Assembly (NCBI GenBank): GCA_963786865.1
Contig: CAWBAV010000006.1
Coordinates: 436,592-500,591, forward strand
Origin: an uncultured delta proteobacterium
GTDB lineage: Bacteria > Myxococcota_A > Polyangia > Polyangiales > Houyiibacteriaceae
Direction of reading: 5' to 3'
Length of the DNA stretch: 64,000 bases
Shown here: in pieces, positions 1-9,489 of the stretch
How the letters are laid out: each line of letters opens with the position of its first letter
Position numbering within the stretch: position 1 is the stretch's first letter
Notes under the pieces: generated by a model
The model's database searches: none
What the model saw: the letters and a program-made list of their open reading frames with translations, nothing else
Told to the model about the DNA's origin: nothing
Translations under genes and position numbers: made by a program

Positions 1-107
1 GCTCCGAAGCTTCATGGACACCTGAACGGGCCACGGCGGAACCCCACATCGCATTCCGCCGTGCCCTCCGATCTCCACAGCGCCAGCGCCGGCGCCAGTG
101 CTCAGCG

Positions 108-1955
108 TCAGTGCTCAGCGTCGGTCGTCTCTGCGCGCAGCCGGTCGACCCGCCCCCCGACTGGATCCACGCAGATGAACGAGGGCACCCCGTCCTCGAT
201 GGCGTACGCCGGCAGGTTCGATGAGCTCGAGCAGACCTTGCCGTCTTCGGTGAACACCAAGTCCCGCAGCCAGGTGACCCGGGTGGGGCTCGGGTAGCTG
301 ACGAATCGCTCTTCCTTTGGAATGAAGCGCAGGATCCGGTCCGACATGTTCGAGGTCATCCAGACCTCGCCGGTCACCGGATGAACGTTCAAAGCGTAGG
401 GCGTTTCATATTCATCGGGTGAGAGCGTGGGCAGTGGGTAGGTCTTGAACTCTCCATTCGTCGGATCGAAGCGCAAGAGCGCGCCTTCGTCGAACGCGGG
501 AATCCACAGGATCCCATCGGCATCGAAGCGCGGGCGGCGCGGTCCCTTCACCGGAGTCTCGTATTCGGTGATCTCTAGCGTGTCGGGGTCGATGTGGCCG
601 ATGCGGTCGCCCCAGAGCTTGGCGTACCAGATGCCGCCGTCCTTTGGATGGATGTCGATCCCGTACGGCAGGTTGAAAAGATCCTGATACTCGATTCCGT
701 CGAACATCTTGTGCGGCGAGAGCTCGATGTGCTTGTTTCCGCGTGGCGTCCGGGCCGCGTACTCGAGCAGAAGGGGAAAGAACGTATCGGTCGCCCAGCG
801 CCAAAACCCGTTGTGCGGGAGCTGCAAGACGGTGAAGGTCTCAGTCTTCGGGTCGAAGCGTGCGACCTGGTTGGAAATCGCGATGGTGAACCAGACCATC
901 TCCTTGCTGTCGATACGAACGGTATGCGGGTAGAGCGCCCCGTGACCGATCTCGTAGACCTCGAAGGTTTTCGTCTCGGGGTCGAACGACATGAGCGTCG
1001 ACGAGAGCGCCGTCGTAATCCAGAAACGCCCGTCCTCGGACTGAGCCAGACTGTGCGGACCGTGCTTCCCCGTGAAGATCCCGATCGGTAGCGCAGCCCC
1101 CGAGAGCAACCCTCCAACAGGGAGCTCCGAATCGGGCAGAGCGATTTTCTCGACGCTATGGGTCTCCCGATCGAGCACCCAGATGACGTCGTGCCCTTCG
1201 TCGACCCCATAGAGCTTACCGTCACGCCCCACGTCGGCGTCGTGGATGAACGACATCCCGTCCCCGACCAGCCACTCCTCGATTTTCGCGTCCGCCAGCT
1301 CCGAGCTCGCGTCGGTGGTTTGAACCACGTCGATCCGCTTCCCATCGAAGCCCTCCGCGAGCACTTCGCTGAAGCGCTCCACTTGCTCGTCGGTGACGAT
1401 CGCCATGTAGCCTTCCATCTTCTCGATCGATTGCTTCCAGGAACCCGCGTCCCGTTTGCCGCGCGTCAGCGGGTTTCCGACTTGGTGGCAGTAGTTGCAC
1501 TGGGCGATGAACGGTGCGCGTTCTTCCTCGCTCTTCCAGGGAAGCTGCGTCAAATGCGCGGAGGCGGGCAGGGCATTCGAGCGATCGAGTTTCGTCTGAA
1601 AAGGGCTCAGCGCGAGATCGACCCTGAGCCGCAGTCCATCATCCAAATTCACGGTTTGGCTCTGATCGGCGAACCCGGGCGCGCGCGCACGAACGCGGAG
1701 CGCTCCCTCGAACCCCACGACGATCAGGTAGTGCCCCTCCGCGTCGGTAAACACGGTCTGCTTACGCATTCGATTCTCGCTGAAGACCGTCACGATCGCG
1801 CCATGCACCGGCTGCCCTGCCGCCGTCACCGTTCCCTCGAGCAAGGGCGCCGCCACGGCTTCGACGATGTCGAGAACGTCTGCGGCGGCCGGCAGAGCGC
1901 TCGCGAGGAGCGATAGAAAGACCAGGCCGACGGTGGAGAAGACCTCACAACGCAT
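108..1955 (-). CDS. Secreted protein: carboxypeptidase-regulatory-like domain + single CxxCH motif + Vgb/NHL-like beta-propeller repeats
   Basis: The ORF spans 108..1961. A GGAGGG Shine-Dalgarno favours the ATG at 1955. There is an N-terminal signal peptide (VGLVFLSLLASALPAAA), a CarboxypepD_reg-like stretch (GAIVTVFSE..TDAEGHYLIVV) and a CNYCH motif. The long C-terminal region has repeated blades resembling the virginiamycin-B-lyase-type propeller. Confidence 0.7.
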   Translation of the reverse strand: MRCEVFSTVGLVFLSLLASALPAAADVLDIVEAVAAPLLEGTVTAAGQPVHGAIVTVFSENRMRKQTVFTDAEGHYLIVVGFEGALRVRARAPGFADQSQTVNLDDGLRLRVDLALSPFQTKLDRSNALPASAHLTQLPWKSEEERAPFIAQCNYCHQVGNPLTRGKRDAGSWKQSIEKMEGYMAIVTDEQVERFSEVLAEGFDGKRIDVVQTTDASSELADAKIEEWLVGDGMSFIHDADVGRDGKLYGVDEGHDVIWVLDRETHSVEKIALPDSELPVGGLLSGAALPIGIFTGKHGPHSLAQSEDGRFWITTALSSTLMSFDPETKTFEVYEIGHGALYPHTVRIDSKEMVWFTIAISNQVARFDPKTETFTVLQLPHNGFWRWATDTFFPLLLEYAARTPRGNKHIELSPHKMFDGIEYQDLFNLPYGIDIHPKDGGIWYAKLWGDRIGHIDPDTLEITEYETPVKGPRRPRFDADGILWIPAFDEGALLRFDPTNGEFKTYPLPTLSPDEYETPYALNVHPVTGEVWMTSNMSDRILRFIPKEERFVSYPSPTRVTWLRDLVFTEDGKVCSSSSNLPAYAIEDGVPSFICVDPVGGRVDRLRAETTDAEH

Positions 1956-2087
1956 AGACACACCCTCCAGAGCTCGCGCTCATCGTACCGTCCGACACCT
2001 TTTTCGTCGCCGTGGAAGTTCGCACCAGAAAAGCCGGGCAATTCAGCAGCGGCAGGCACGGCGGCACTGGGTGCGTTCGGAGGAGGG

Positions 2088-2199
2088 CGGCTCGGGATGG
2101 GCAGCGCAGCGATTGGGCGGGAGGCTAGACGTTGGGAGTCGTAGAGAGCCGGCCGAGCGGGCCCCAATCGCGAGCACGCCCGTCGCGAGCCGTCCTCCG
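2088..2199 (+). repeat. Intergenic structured repeat, copy A (~112 bp)
   Basis: Shares two long identical blocks with 3183-3294: cggctcgggatgggcagcgcagcgattgggcgggaggc and ggccgagcgggccccaatcgcgagcacgcccgtcgcgagcc. Contains an internal 9-bp inverted repeat, gcgattggg / cccaatcgc. Confidence 0.8.
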
Positions 2200-2268
2200 C
2201 TGACTCCGTCGCATGCTCCAGTACCTTTCATTCGCGCTCAGCTGCGTATCAAGCTAGAAGTGCTCCAA

Positions 2269-2342
2269 GGGCCCATAGCTCAATTGGTTAGAGCCCCCGG
2301 CTCATAACCGGGTTGTTCCTGGTTCGAGTCCAGGTGGGCCTA
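2269..2342 (+). tRNA. tRNA with CAT anticodon (elongator Met or lysidine-modified Ile2)
   Basis: Hand-folded cloverleaf. Acceptor stem GGGCCCA/TGGGCCT (G1-U72). D stem GCTC/GAGC. Anticodon stem CCCGG/CCGGG with loop CTCATAA. T stem CCTGG/CCAGG with loop TTCGAGT. Discriminator A. No CCA is encoded. Confidence 0.9.
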
Positions 2343-2421
2343 CTACGATTTTCCGTGCTCTTGCGCCCTCCGCGAAGGCACGCTAGAGCCCCGCCAGCTT
2401 GTTGAAACGGGGAGGAAGTCT

Positions 2422-3135
2422 TTGCGCGAAGAGCTCGTAGCGCTTGCGAAACTGGCTGAGATGGATGACTCGGCACGGGACATCGACGCCGAGCTGAAGC
2501 AGATTCCGCAACGATTGGAAGAGCTCCGGCATAGCGTCCAGATGCTCGAGACCATGCTCTCGCAGGAGCGACAGCAACTCGCCGAGGCCGAGGCTCTCAA
2601 AGCGCAGCAGAGCACTGAGCTCAAGGAGCGGGGCGAAGGCCTTCAGCGGGCTCGCAAGAAGATCGCCCAGTCATCTAGCATCCGCGAAGCCGACGCCGCC
2701 GAACGAGAGGTGGAAGCCAACCGCCGCGCCATCAAGGAGCGCGAAGACGAGCTTGGTCGGATCGCGCAGGCGATCGAAGCCAAGAAGGCCTCGCTTGCAG
2801 AGCGTGAAAAAGACTTCGAGGCGACGAAGAGCTCATTGCTGGCAGACGAAGAGTCTTCGAGAGCCCGCATCGAGGAGCTCGAGGACCAGCGCTCCAAGTT
2901 GCTCGACGGTCGCGACGTGCTCGCCGCCAAAGTCTCCAAGACGGTCGTCAAGCGGTACGAACGCCTCAAGTCCGGCATTCCGAACGCGGTCATCATCATC
3001 ACGGACGTGAACTGCCCGGCCTGCCGCATGGCCTTGCCCGCGCAGCTGACGATTGACCTACGGCGCGCAGACGAGCTTCACCAATGCCCGCACTGCCGTC
3101 GGATCATCATTCACAAGAGCGTCCTCGAGGACTGA
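2422..3135 (+). CDS. Coiled-coil protein with C-terminal C4 zinc ribbon (COG1579 / zf-RING_7-like)
   Basis: TTG start preceded by GGGGAGGAAG. Long heptad-like, E/K/R/L-rich region. C-terminal motif CPACR..(21 aa)..CPHCRR. Confidence 0.75.
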   Translation: MREELVALAKLAEMDDSARDIDAELKQIPQRLEELRHSVQMLETMLSQERQQLAEAEALKAQQSTELKERGEGLQRARKKIAQSSSIREADAAEREVEANRRAIKEREDELGRIAQAIEAKKASLAEREKDFEATKSSLLADEESSRARIEELEDQRSKLLDGRDVLAAKVSKTVVKRYERLKSGIPNAVIIITDVNCPACRMALPAQLTIDLRRADELHQCPHCRRIIIHKSVLED

Positions 3136-3182
3136 GCCCGCACAACGGGGCACAGGCGAACACGACGCGGGGTTCCGTCGAA

Positions 3183-3302
3183 CGGCTCGGGATGGGCAGC
3201 GCAGCGATTGGGCGGGAGGCGAGACGCACGGAGCCGTAGAGAGACGGCCGAGCGGGCCCCAATCGCGAGCACGCCCGTCGCGAGCCACCCTCCGATCGTC
3301 CC
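3183..3302 (+). repeat. Intergenic structured repeat, copy B
   Basis: Direct copy of 2088-2199; the differences are confined to the central ~25 bp. Confidence 0.8.
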
Positions 3303-3313
3303 GGCGTCTGTTC

Positions 3314-3366
3314 GAGCGGGCCCCAATCGCGAGCACGCCCGTCGCGAGCCGCCCTCCGATCGTCCC
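3314..3366 (+). repeat. Partial tandem copy (3' half-module) of the intergenic repeat
   Basis: 53 bp (gagcgggccccaatcgcgagcacgcccgtcgcgagcc.ccctccgatcgtccc) identical to 3250-3302 except for one base, 11 bp downstream of copy B. Confidence 0.8.
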
Positions 3367-3392
3367 AGCGCCAGCGAAGGCGCTGCCTCGTG

Positions 3393-4313
3393 CTAAACGA
3401 TCGAGAGCCAGCTCGCGTCGGGGGTGTTCTTGCCGCGCACTGCGTCGAAATACGCGCTCTGCACCTGCTCGGTGATCGGGCCCCGGGAGCCCTGGCCGAT
3501 GCTGCGATCGTCGAGCTCGCGCACGGGCGTGACCTCGGCCGCGGTACCGACCATGAAGACCTCGTCGGCAATGTAGAGCTCGTCGCGGGAGATCAGGCGC
3601 TCGTGAACGATGAGGCCCAAGTCTCGCATCACACGCATGACCGAGTTGCGGGTGATCCCGCCGAGAATCGATACTCCGAGCGGCGGCGTGGCGATTTCTC
3701 CGTCGCGCACCACGAAGATGTTCTCGCCGGAGGCCTCCGACACATAGCCCTGCGAGTCGAGCATGATCGCCTCATCGTAACCAATGGCCTGCACTTCGCG
3801 CTTTGCGAGAATCGAGTTGACGTAATGGCCGTTGACCTTGCCCTTGGACATCAGCGCGTTGACGCCCGCCCGCTGGAAGGAGCTCACCTTGGCGCGGATG
3901 CCGCGTGTGAGGCCCTCCTCGCCGAGGTAGGCGCCCCAACGCCAGGCGATGATCGAGACACGGGTCGCGTTCGACCTCGCGCCAAGCCCCATTTCGCCGT
4001 CTCCCATGAACGCGATTGGCCGCAGGTAACATTCGTCGAGCCCGTTGGTCCGCACGGTTTCTAGGCATGCCTCGACGATCTCTGCTTGGCTGTACGGCAT
4101 GGGAAGCATGCAGATGTGTGCAGAATCGAACAGGCGGCGAATGTGTTCTTCCAAACGAAAGATCGCGCTTCGCCCGTCTTCTAGCTTGTAACAGCGAATC
4201 CCTTCGAAGACGCCCAGCCCATAGTGGAGGGTGTGCGTCAGTACATGGACGTTCGCTTGCTCCCAAGGAATGAGCTTCCCGTCGAGCCAGATCTTGTCCA
4301 CTTTGTCGACCAT
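3393..4313 (-). CDS. ilvE: Branched-chain amino acid aminotransferase (class IV)
   Basis: 306 aa. N-terminus IWLDGKLIPWEQANVHVLTHTLHYGLGVFEGIRCY is typical of IlvE. GAGGAG Shine-Dalgarno upstream. Confidence 0.9.
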   Translation of the reverse strand: MVDKVDKIWLDGKLIPWEQANVHVLTHTLHYGLGVFEGIRCYKLEDGRSAIFRLEEHIRRLFDSAHICMLPMPYSQAEIVEACLETVRTNGLDECYLRPIAFMGDGEMGLGARSNATRVSIIAWRWGAYLGEEGLTRGIRAKVSSFQRAGVNALMSKGKVNGHYVNSILAKREVQAIGYDEAIMLDSQGYVSEASGENIFVVRDGEIATPPLGVSILGGITRNSVMRVMRDLGLIVHERLISRDELYIADEVFMVGTAAEVTPVRELDDRSIGQGSRGPITEQVQSAYFDAVRGKNTPDASWLSIV

Positions 4314-4568
4314 CGCTGCTCCTCACACCCCCGCAATCGGGGGCCGCGGGGTTGTAGCATAAATCCGCAATTACCGTGAGTTGACCTGGTTGGGGCCATG
4401 GAGTAGAAACGCCGGCGCTTCAGGAGCCTGGATAGCAATGTGCATCCGGGCTCTGCGCGCATTGAGGTTAGGGTGCTCTACTCGTTATTTCACATTTTGC
4501 TTCAGCCCGAGGTCAGCGGCGGTCCCGTCGCAGCGCCAACGGGCGGAGGCGGGCCAGCGCCGGGTCCC

Positions 4569-4856
4569 ATGGGCTGCGGCGGAGGCGGAACCGAACAAAT
4601 CGGTCTGCTTCTTCTGATGTTCGCGGTGCTCTACTTTCTGATGATCCGACCGCAGCAGAAGCGCGCCAAGCAACACGAAGCCATGATGGGAGCCCTCAAG
4701 AAGGGCGACGTCGTTCGCACGAACGGCGGAATCCTCGGCGAGATCACTGCCCTCGATGAGCGAGACGTGACGATCGAGGTCGCGGACCGCACGCGCATCA
4801 AGGTGTTGCGGAGCCACATTGCTGGGTTGGACCAAACCCCCGAACAAAAAAGCTGA
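4569..4856 (+). CDS. yajC: Preprotein translocase subunit YajC
   Basis: Single TM segment followed by the IRPQQKR motif and GDVVRTNGGILGEI. The start is uncertain: the ORF opens at 4440 and the ATG at 4569 was chosen. Confidence 0.8.
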   Translation: MGCGGGGTEQIGLLLLMFAVLYFLMIRPQQKRAKQHEAMMGALKKGDVVRTNGGILGEITALDERDVTIEVADRTRIKVLRSHIAGLDQTPEQKS

Positions 4857-4873
4857 GCTTACAGGCGAGGATC

Positions 4874-6673
4874 ATGGATCGAGGCTGGTATTTTCGTTTG
4901 GCAATCGTCGTCGGCTCGTCCGTCCTGGGGTTTCTCGCCCTCTGGCCGAGTGTGGATCGATGGGTGCCATGCCCCGACATCGTCAAAGAGACCTTCGAGA
5001 ATCAGATCAACCCAGGCCTCGACATCAAGGGCGGCCTCCGGCTGATGTATGAGGTCGAAGTCGACGAATACATTCGCGACCGCCGAGACCGGATCGCCGA
5101 GCAGGTGCAGCGTCAATGCGGCGTCTTGATTGGCATCGTTCCCGAGGAGGAAGTCGACGACATCGACAAGGCCACGCTTGCTGCGATTCAGCAACGTTGC
5201 AAGGTCGAGCGTGTCGACAAGGACGACGACTCGGTGCGGGCGGTTCGCATCACGTTTTCCAACCAAGAAGATGCCCAGAAGCTCACAAAGACTTGGGTGA
5301 AGGACTACTTCAGTGACCTTCGCGTCGCGAGCGGCGTGGGCGACCTCGTCGTCGATCTTCACATGCGCGAGGAGCAGCTCACCAACATGCGCGAAACGGC
5401 CGTGAGGCAGTCCGAGCGCACCATCACCAACCGAATCGACAGTCTCGGTGTTCTAGAGCCGACCGTCATCGCCCGGCCGAACGACGGCGACATCATCATC
5501 GAGATCCCCGGCGCACAGGAAAGCTCCTTCGAGCGCATCAAGTCGATCATCAGCCGCACCGCCCAGCTGCAGTTCCAAATCGTCGACGACGAGTCCGATT
5601 CGCGCGCGATGTACACGGCGCCGCCCGAGGGCGTGTTCCTGAACGCCGACTCCCAGACTTTCGCGGAGGCCTTCGGCGCGGACGCTCGGGACCGCCTGCG
5701 CGACTACATCGCGACCCTTGCGGTACCCGACGACCACGAGCTCGTCATCGGCCGTCAGGAACCGGACCCCGAACGCGGAGGCGAGGGCTGGCGCACCTAT
5801 TACCTGTACCGGGTCGCCGAGGTCACGGGCGAGGATCTCGACGATGCTTCCGTCGGCTTCGACCCGCAGAGCGGTAGCCCCGAGGTCGACTTCACCATGA
5901 ACACGCGCGGCGCCTCACGGATGAGCGATCTCACCGGCCGTAGCATCGGCAAACGCATGGCCATCGTTCTCGACGACCGGGTGGAATCCGCGCCCGTCAT
6001 TCAGGGCCAGATCGGCGCGCGCGGCCGCATCACGCTAGGCGCCTACCTCGATCGGAATACGCTGCTCCAAGAAGCCAAGGACTTGGTCGTCGTGCTCCAG
6101 GCCGGCGCGCTTCCCGCTCCGCTTCGGCCTGCCAACGAGCAGCTCATCGGTCCCACGCTGGGTCAGGACTCGGTGCAAAAAGGCGCAATCGCGGCGCTGG
6201 TGGGCATCCTTCTCGTCCTCGTGTTCATGGCTGCATATTACCAGGTCGGAGGCCTCGTCGCGGATGCGATGGTGCTCCTCAACTTGCAGCTTCTGCTCGG
6301 CACCATGTCCGGCATCGGAGCGACACTCACGCTGCCCGGTATCGCCGCCATCGCACTCACCGTCGGTATGGCGGTCGACGCGAACGTCCTCATCACGGAG
6401 CGTATCCGCGAAGAGCTGAGGCTAGGCAAGTCTCCGCGCTCTGCAGTCGAGCAGGGGTATGCCAGGGCGTACTCGGCGGTCTTCGACAGCCAGCTCACGA
6501 CCGCGATTGCAGGCATAGTCCTTTGGCAGTTCGGCACCGGTCCGATCAAGGGCTTCGCCACCATGCTGTTGATCGGGATCGGCACCTCGCTATTCACGGG
6601 CACGTTCTGCTCGAAGGTGCTTTTTGATTGGCTGGTGCGCGGTGCGCGCGTGCAGCGACTGCGGGTGGGCTGA
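4874..6673 (+). CDS. secD: Protein translocase subunit SecD
   Basis: 599 aa. Large periplasmic domain plus C-terminal 6-TM SecD/F-type region. Synteny is yajC-secD-secF. Confidence 0.92.
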   Translation: MDRGWYFRLAIVVGSSVLGFLALWPSVDRWVPCPDIVKETFENQINPGLDIKGGLRLMYEVEVDEYIRDRRDRIAEQVQRQCGVLIGIVPEEEVDDIDKATLAAIQQRCKVERVDKDDDSVRAVRITFSNQEDAQKLTKTWVKDYFSDLRVASGVGDLVVDLHMREEQLTNMRETAVRQSERTITNRIDSLGVLEPTVIARPNDGDIIIEIPGAQESSFERIKSIISRTAQLQFQIVDDESDSRAMYTAPPEGVFLNADSQTFAEAFGADARDRLRDYIATLAVPDDHELVIGRQEPDPERGGEGWRTYYLYRVAEVTGEDLDDASVGFDPQSGSPEVDFTMNTRGASRMSDLTGRSIGKRMAIVLDDRVESAPVIQGQIGARGRITLGAYLDRNTLLQEAKDLVVVLQAGALPAPLRPANEQLIGPTLGQDSVQKGAIAALVGILLVLVFMAAYYQVGGLVADAMVLLNLQLLLGTMSGIGATLTLPGIAAIALTVGMAVDANVLITERIREELRLGKSPRSAVEQGYARAYSAVFDSQLTTAIAGIVLWQFGTGPIKGFATMLLIGIGTSLFTGTFCSKVLFDWLVRGARVQRLRVG

Positions 6674-6674
6674 C

Positions 6675-7808
6675 ATGGAATTCATCAAACCCGGCAGCTA
6701 TTTCGACTTCATGAAGTACCGCGGGCCGGTCATCACGGTCCTCGCTCTGATGGCCACTCTGAGCCTCGTTTCGCTCTTCTACCCGGGGCCCAACTACGGC
6801 ATCGATTTCGCCGGCGGAACCGAGGTTCAGCTCGCCTTCCGTGGCGACACGACGCCAAACGAAGTTCGCAAAGCGCTCGAGGATTCGGGCTACTCCCGCC
6901 CGGACGTGATCAGCGTCGAGGGCAGCCCGAACGAGTACATCATTCGGGTCCAAGAAGTGTCCTCGTTGGCGGAAGAGCAGATCGACGAGATTCGCCGGTC
7001 GGCAGCGGCACTGCTCGGCGAAGACACGATCAACGAGATGAAGGTTTCGCCGGGCGGGGACAAGATCACGCTTCGTGTCTCGGGCCCGGTCCACGAGCAG
7101 CAACTTCAGGAGGCGCTCGAAGCGGGCGGCGCGCGCGTGCGCTCCATCAATTTGCTGGCGGGCAGCCGTGACACTCGATACGAGGCGTACCTCGTTGGAG
7201 TCGCCGACGAGCTGGCGGCCCAGCTTCGAGAGAAGTTCGGAGACCGCGCGCCCGAAGGTGCGCTCCGTGTCGAGTGGGTCGGGCCCAAGGCAGGCCAGCA
7301 GCTGCGCGACGCGGCGATCCAATCCTTGCTCTACGCGATCGCATTCATCATGCTCTACGTGGCGTTTCGCTTCGACCTGAGGTTCGCGCCCGGTGGCGTG
7401 ATCGCGATGCTTCACGACGCGCTCATCACGCTCGGCATCTACGTCCTCCTGCAAAAGGAAGTGAACCTCACGACCGTTGCCGCGCTTCTGACGATCATGG
7501 GCTATTCGATCAACGACACGATCGTTGTTTTCGATCGAATCCGCGAGAACATGGTTCGCGTTCGTGACAAGAGCCTACGCGAGCTGATCAACGTCAGCAC
7601 CTCGCAGACGCTTTCGAGAACGATCATCACGTCGTTCACGACGGTCTTGTCCGTTGCCGCGTTCTTCTTCCTCGGCACAGGTGTCATCGCCGACATCGCC
7701 TTCGCGCTGGGGGTCGGCATCACGATCGGCACCATATCCTCGATCTTCGTGGCCGCGCCCATCACCGAATTGATGGACCGGCGCTTCTTCAATCGCTCGC
7801 GGAGCTAG
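6675..7808 (+). CDS. secF: Protein translocase subunit SecF
   Basis: The ATG at 6675 lies 2 nt after the secD stop. MEFIKPGSYFDFMKYR is a typical SecF N-terminus, followed by a C-terminal TM bundle. Confidence 0.92.
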   Translation: MEFIKPGSYFDFMKYRGPVITVLALMATLSLVSLFYPGPNYGIDFAGGTEVQLAFRGDTTPNEVRKALEDSGYSRPDVISVEGSPNEYIIRVQEVSSLAEEQIDEIRRSAAALLGEDTINEMKVSPGGDKITLRVSGPVHEQQLQEALEAGGARVRSINLLAGSRDTRYEAYLVGVADELAAQLREKFGDRAPEGALRVEWVGPKAGQQLRDAAIQSLLYAIAFIMLYVAFRFDLRFAPGGVIAMLHDALITLGIYVLLQKEVNLTTVAALLTIMGYSINDTIVVFDRIRENMVRVRDKSLRELINVSTSQTLSRTIITSFTTVLSVAAFFFLGTGVIADIAFALGVGITIGTISSIFVAAPITELMDRRFFNRSRS

Positions 7809-7812
7809 TCCG

Positions 7813-9489
7813 ATGAACCGGTACAGCGTGCGGCCATCCGATGAGCGGGCGGCGGGCATGCTTGCCGAGGCCTCGGGGCTCGGGCTCAGTGCGGCCCAGG
7901 TGCTTCTGCACCGGGGCATTCGCGAAGTGGAGCACGCTCGGACGTTTCTCGGCGCGACGCTCCGCGGTTTGAGCGCTCCGGGCCCCATGGCCGATCGCTC
8001 GCACGCGGCCGAGCGCATCGCCCGCGCGATTGGCGCCGGGGAGCGCATCGTCGTTTTCGGTGACTACGACGTCGATGGGACCACCTCGGCGGTGATTCTC
8101 AGCGAGGTGATCAGCGCGCTCGGCGGAGAGGTGCGCACGCTGATCGCGAATCGCTTCCAAGGGGGATACGGTCTCAGCGAGCTGGCCCTCGACCGCTGTC
8201 TCGAGGAGGCTCCGGACCTTCTCGTCACCTGCGACTGCGGCTCGAGCGACCACGAGCGCATCGTTCGAGCGACCACGAGCGGCGTCGACGTGATCGTCGT
8301 CGACCACCATCTGGTTCCCGAGGATCCTCTACCGGCGTTCGCGTTCCTCAACCCGAACCGCCCGGACTGTGGATTCGCATACAAGGGCCTTTGCAGTGCC
8401 GGTCTCGCTTTTTCCCTCGGAGCGGCGCTGCGCGCGGAGATGAAAGCGGATCTCGACCTGCGCGCCTGGCTCGACCTAGTTGCGATCGGAACGATTGCCG
8501 ACCTTGCACCCTTGACTGGGGACAACCGCCGCTTGGTTCGTGCGGGCTTGAAGTCGATCGGCTCGACGACGAGTAGGCCCGCCCTCCGGGCGCTGAGAAT
8601 GGCGGCGAAGATTCCGGAATCCGCTGAGCTCACTGCGCGCGACGTCGCCTTTCGCTTCTCGCCGCGCCTCAACGCCCCAGGTCGACTCGGGGTAGCTGAC
8701 CTCACGCTTCGCTTTCTCAGCGCCAAGACGCCCAAGGAGGCCTGGGCGCTGCTGGCGGAGGTCGAGGCGCAGAACGACGAGCGCAAGGCCCTTGCCGATC
8801 GGGCCACTCAGGAAGCGCACGCCCAGGTGCGAGAGGTCTACGGTGACAGGTCGGAAGGCGGCCTGGTGGTCGCGAGCGAGTCCTGGCATCGGGGAGTCGT
8901 CGGAATCGTCGCTGCCCGACTCGTGGACGCGTTTGGCGTGCCCGTTGCAGTGATCTCGTTCGACGGAGAGCAAGGGCACGGAAGCGTTCGCACCACCGAG
9001 GACTTCGACGTGTATCAGGCGCTTTCACGATGCGCATCGGATCTGAGCGCGTGGGGCGGCCATCGGGCAGCGGCGGGCCTCTCTTTGCGGAGACGCGCCC
9101 TCGAGTCTTTTCGCGCCGCGTTCCTTGCGGCAACCGAGGGCGCTCGTTCCGGCCAATTCGGGTCGCGTGAGGTCGACGTGGCGCTCGGAGGAGCGTTTCG
9201 AGCTCCCTCAGTCGAGGACCTGCAGCGCCTCGGGCCGTTTGGCGAGGGCTACCCGGCGCCGACGTTCCTGGTCGATGCGTATGTCGTCGAGGCAACCGGC
9301 GTGGGGGAAGGGCGCACGCACGGCAAGCTCAAGCTTCGTATCGGTCAGGAGGCCGTGCGAGCGTTCGCCCCAGCAATGTTCTCCCGGGTCGAAGGACGAG
9401 ATCAGCTCCGACTCGTCGGCGAGTTTCAACCCGATCATTGGATGGGCGGTCGATCGGTCGAGCTACTCGTCCAGGATGTCCTCGACTAG
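7813..9489 (+). CDS. recJ: Single-stranded-DNA-specific exonuclease RecJ
   Basis: DHH-family motifs VVFGDYDVDGTTS and VVDHH, plus the DHHA1 motif GGHRAAAG. Confidence 0.9.
   Translation: MNRYSVRPSDERAAGMLAEASGLGLSAAQVLLHRGIREVEHARTFLGATLRGLSAPGPMADRSHAAERIARAIGAGERIVVFGDYDVDGTTSAVILSEVISALGGEVRTLIANRFQGGYGLSELALDRCLEEAPDLLVTCDCGSSDHERIVRATTSGVDVIVVDHHLVPEDPLPAFAFLNPNRPDCGFAYKGLCSAGLAFSLGAALRAEMKADLDLRAWLDLVAIGTIADLAPLTGDNRRLVRAGLKSIGSTTSRPALRALRMAAKIPESAELTARDVAFRFSPRLNAPGRLGVADLTLRFLSAKTPKEAWALLAEVEAQNDERKALADRATQEAHAQVREVYGDRSEGGLVVASESWHRGVVGIVAARLVDAFGVPVAVISFDGEQGHGSVRTTEDFDVYQALSRCASDLSAWGGHRAAAGLSLRRRALESFRAAFLAATEGARSGQFGSREVDVALGGAFRAPSVEDLQRLGPFGEGYPAPTFLVDAYVVEATGVGEGRTHGKLKLRIGQEAVRAFAPAMFSRVEGRDQLRLVGEFQPDHWMGGRSVELLVQDVLD

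Noticed and set aside
4380-4410. A TTGACC...TAGAAA promoter-like element between ilvE and yajC.
   Set aside because: The -10 match is poor (the final T is missing) and there is no supporting context.
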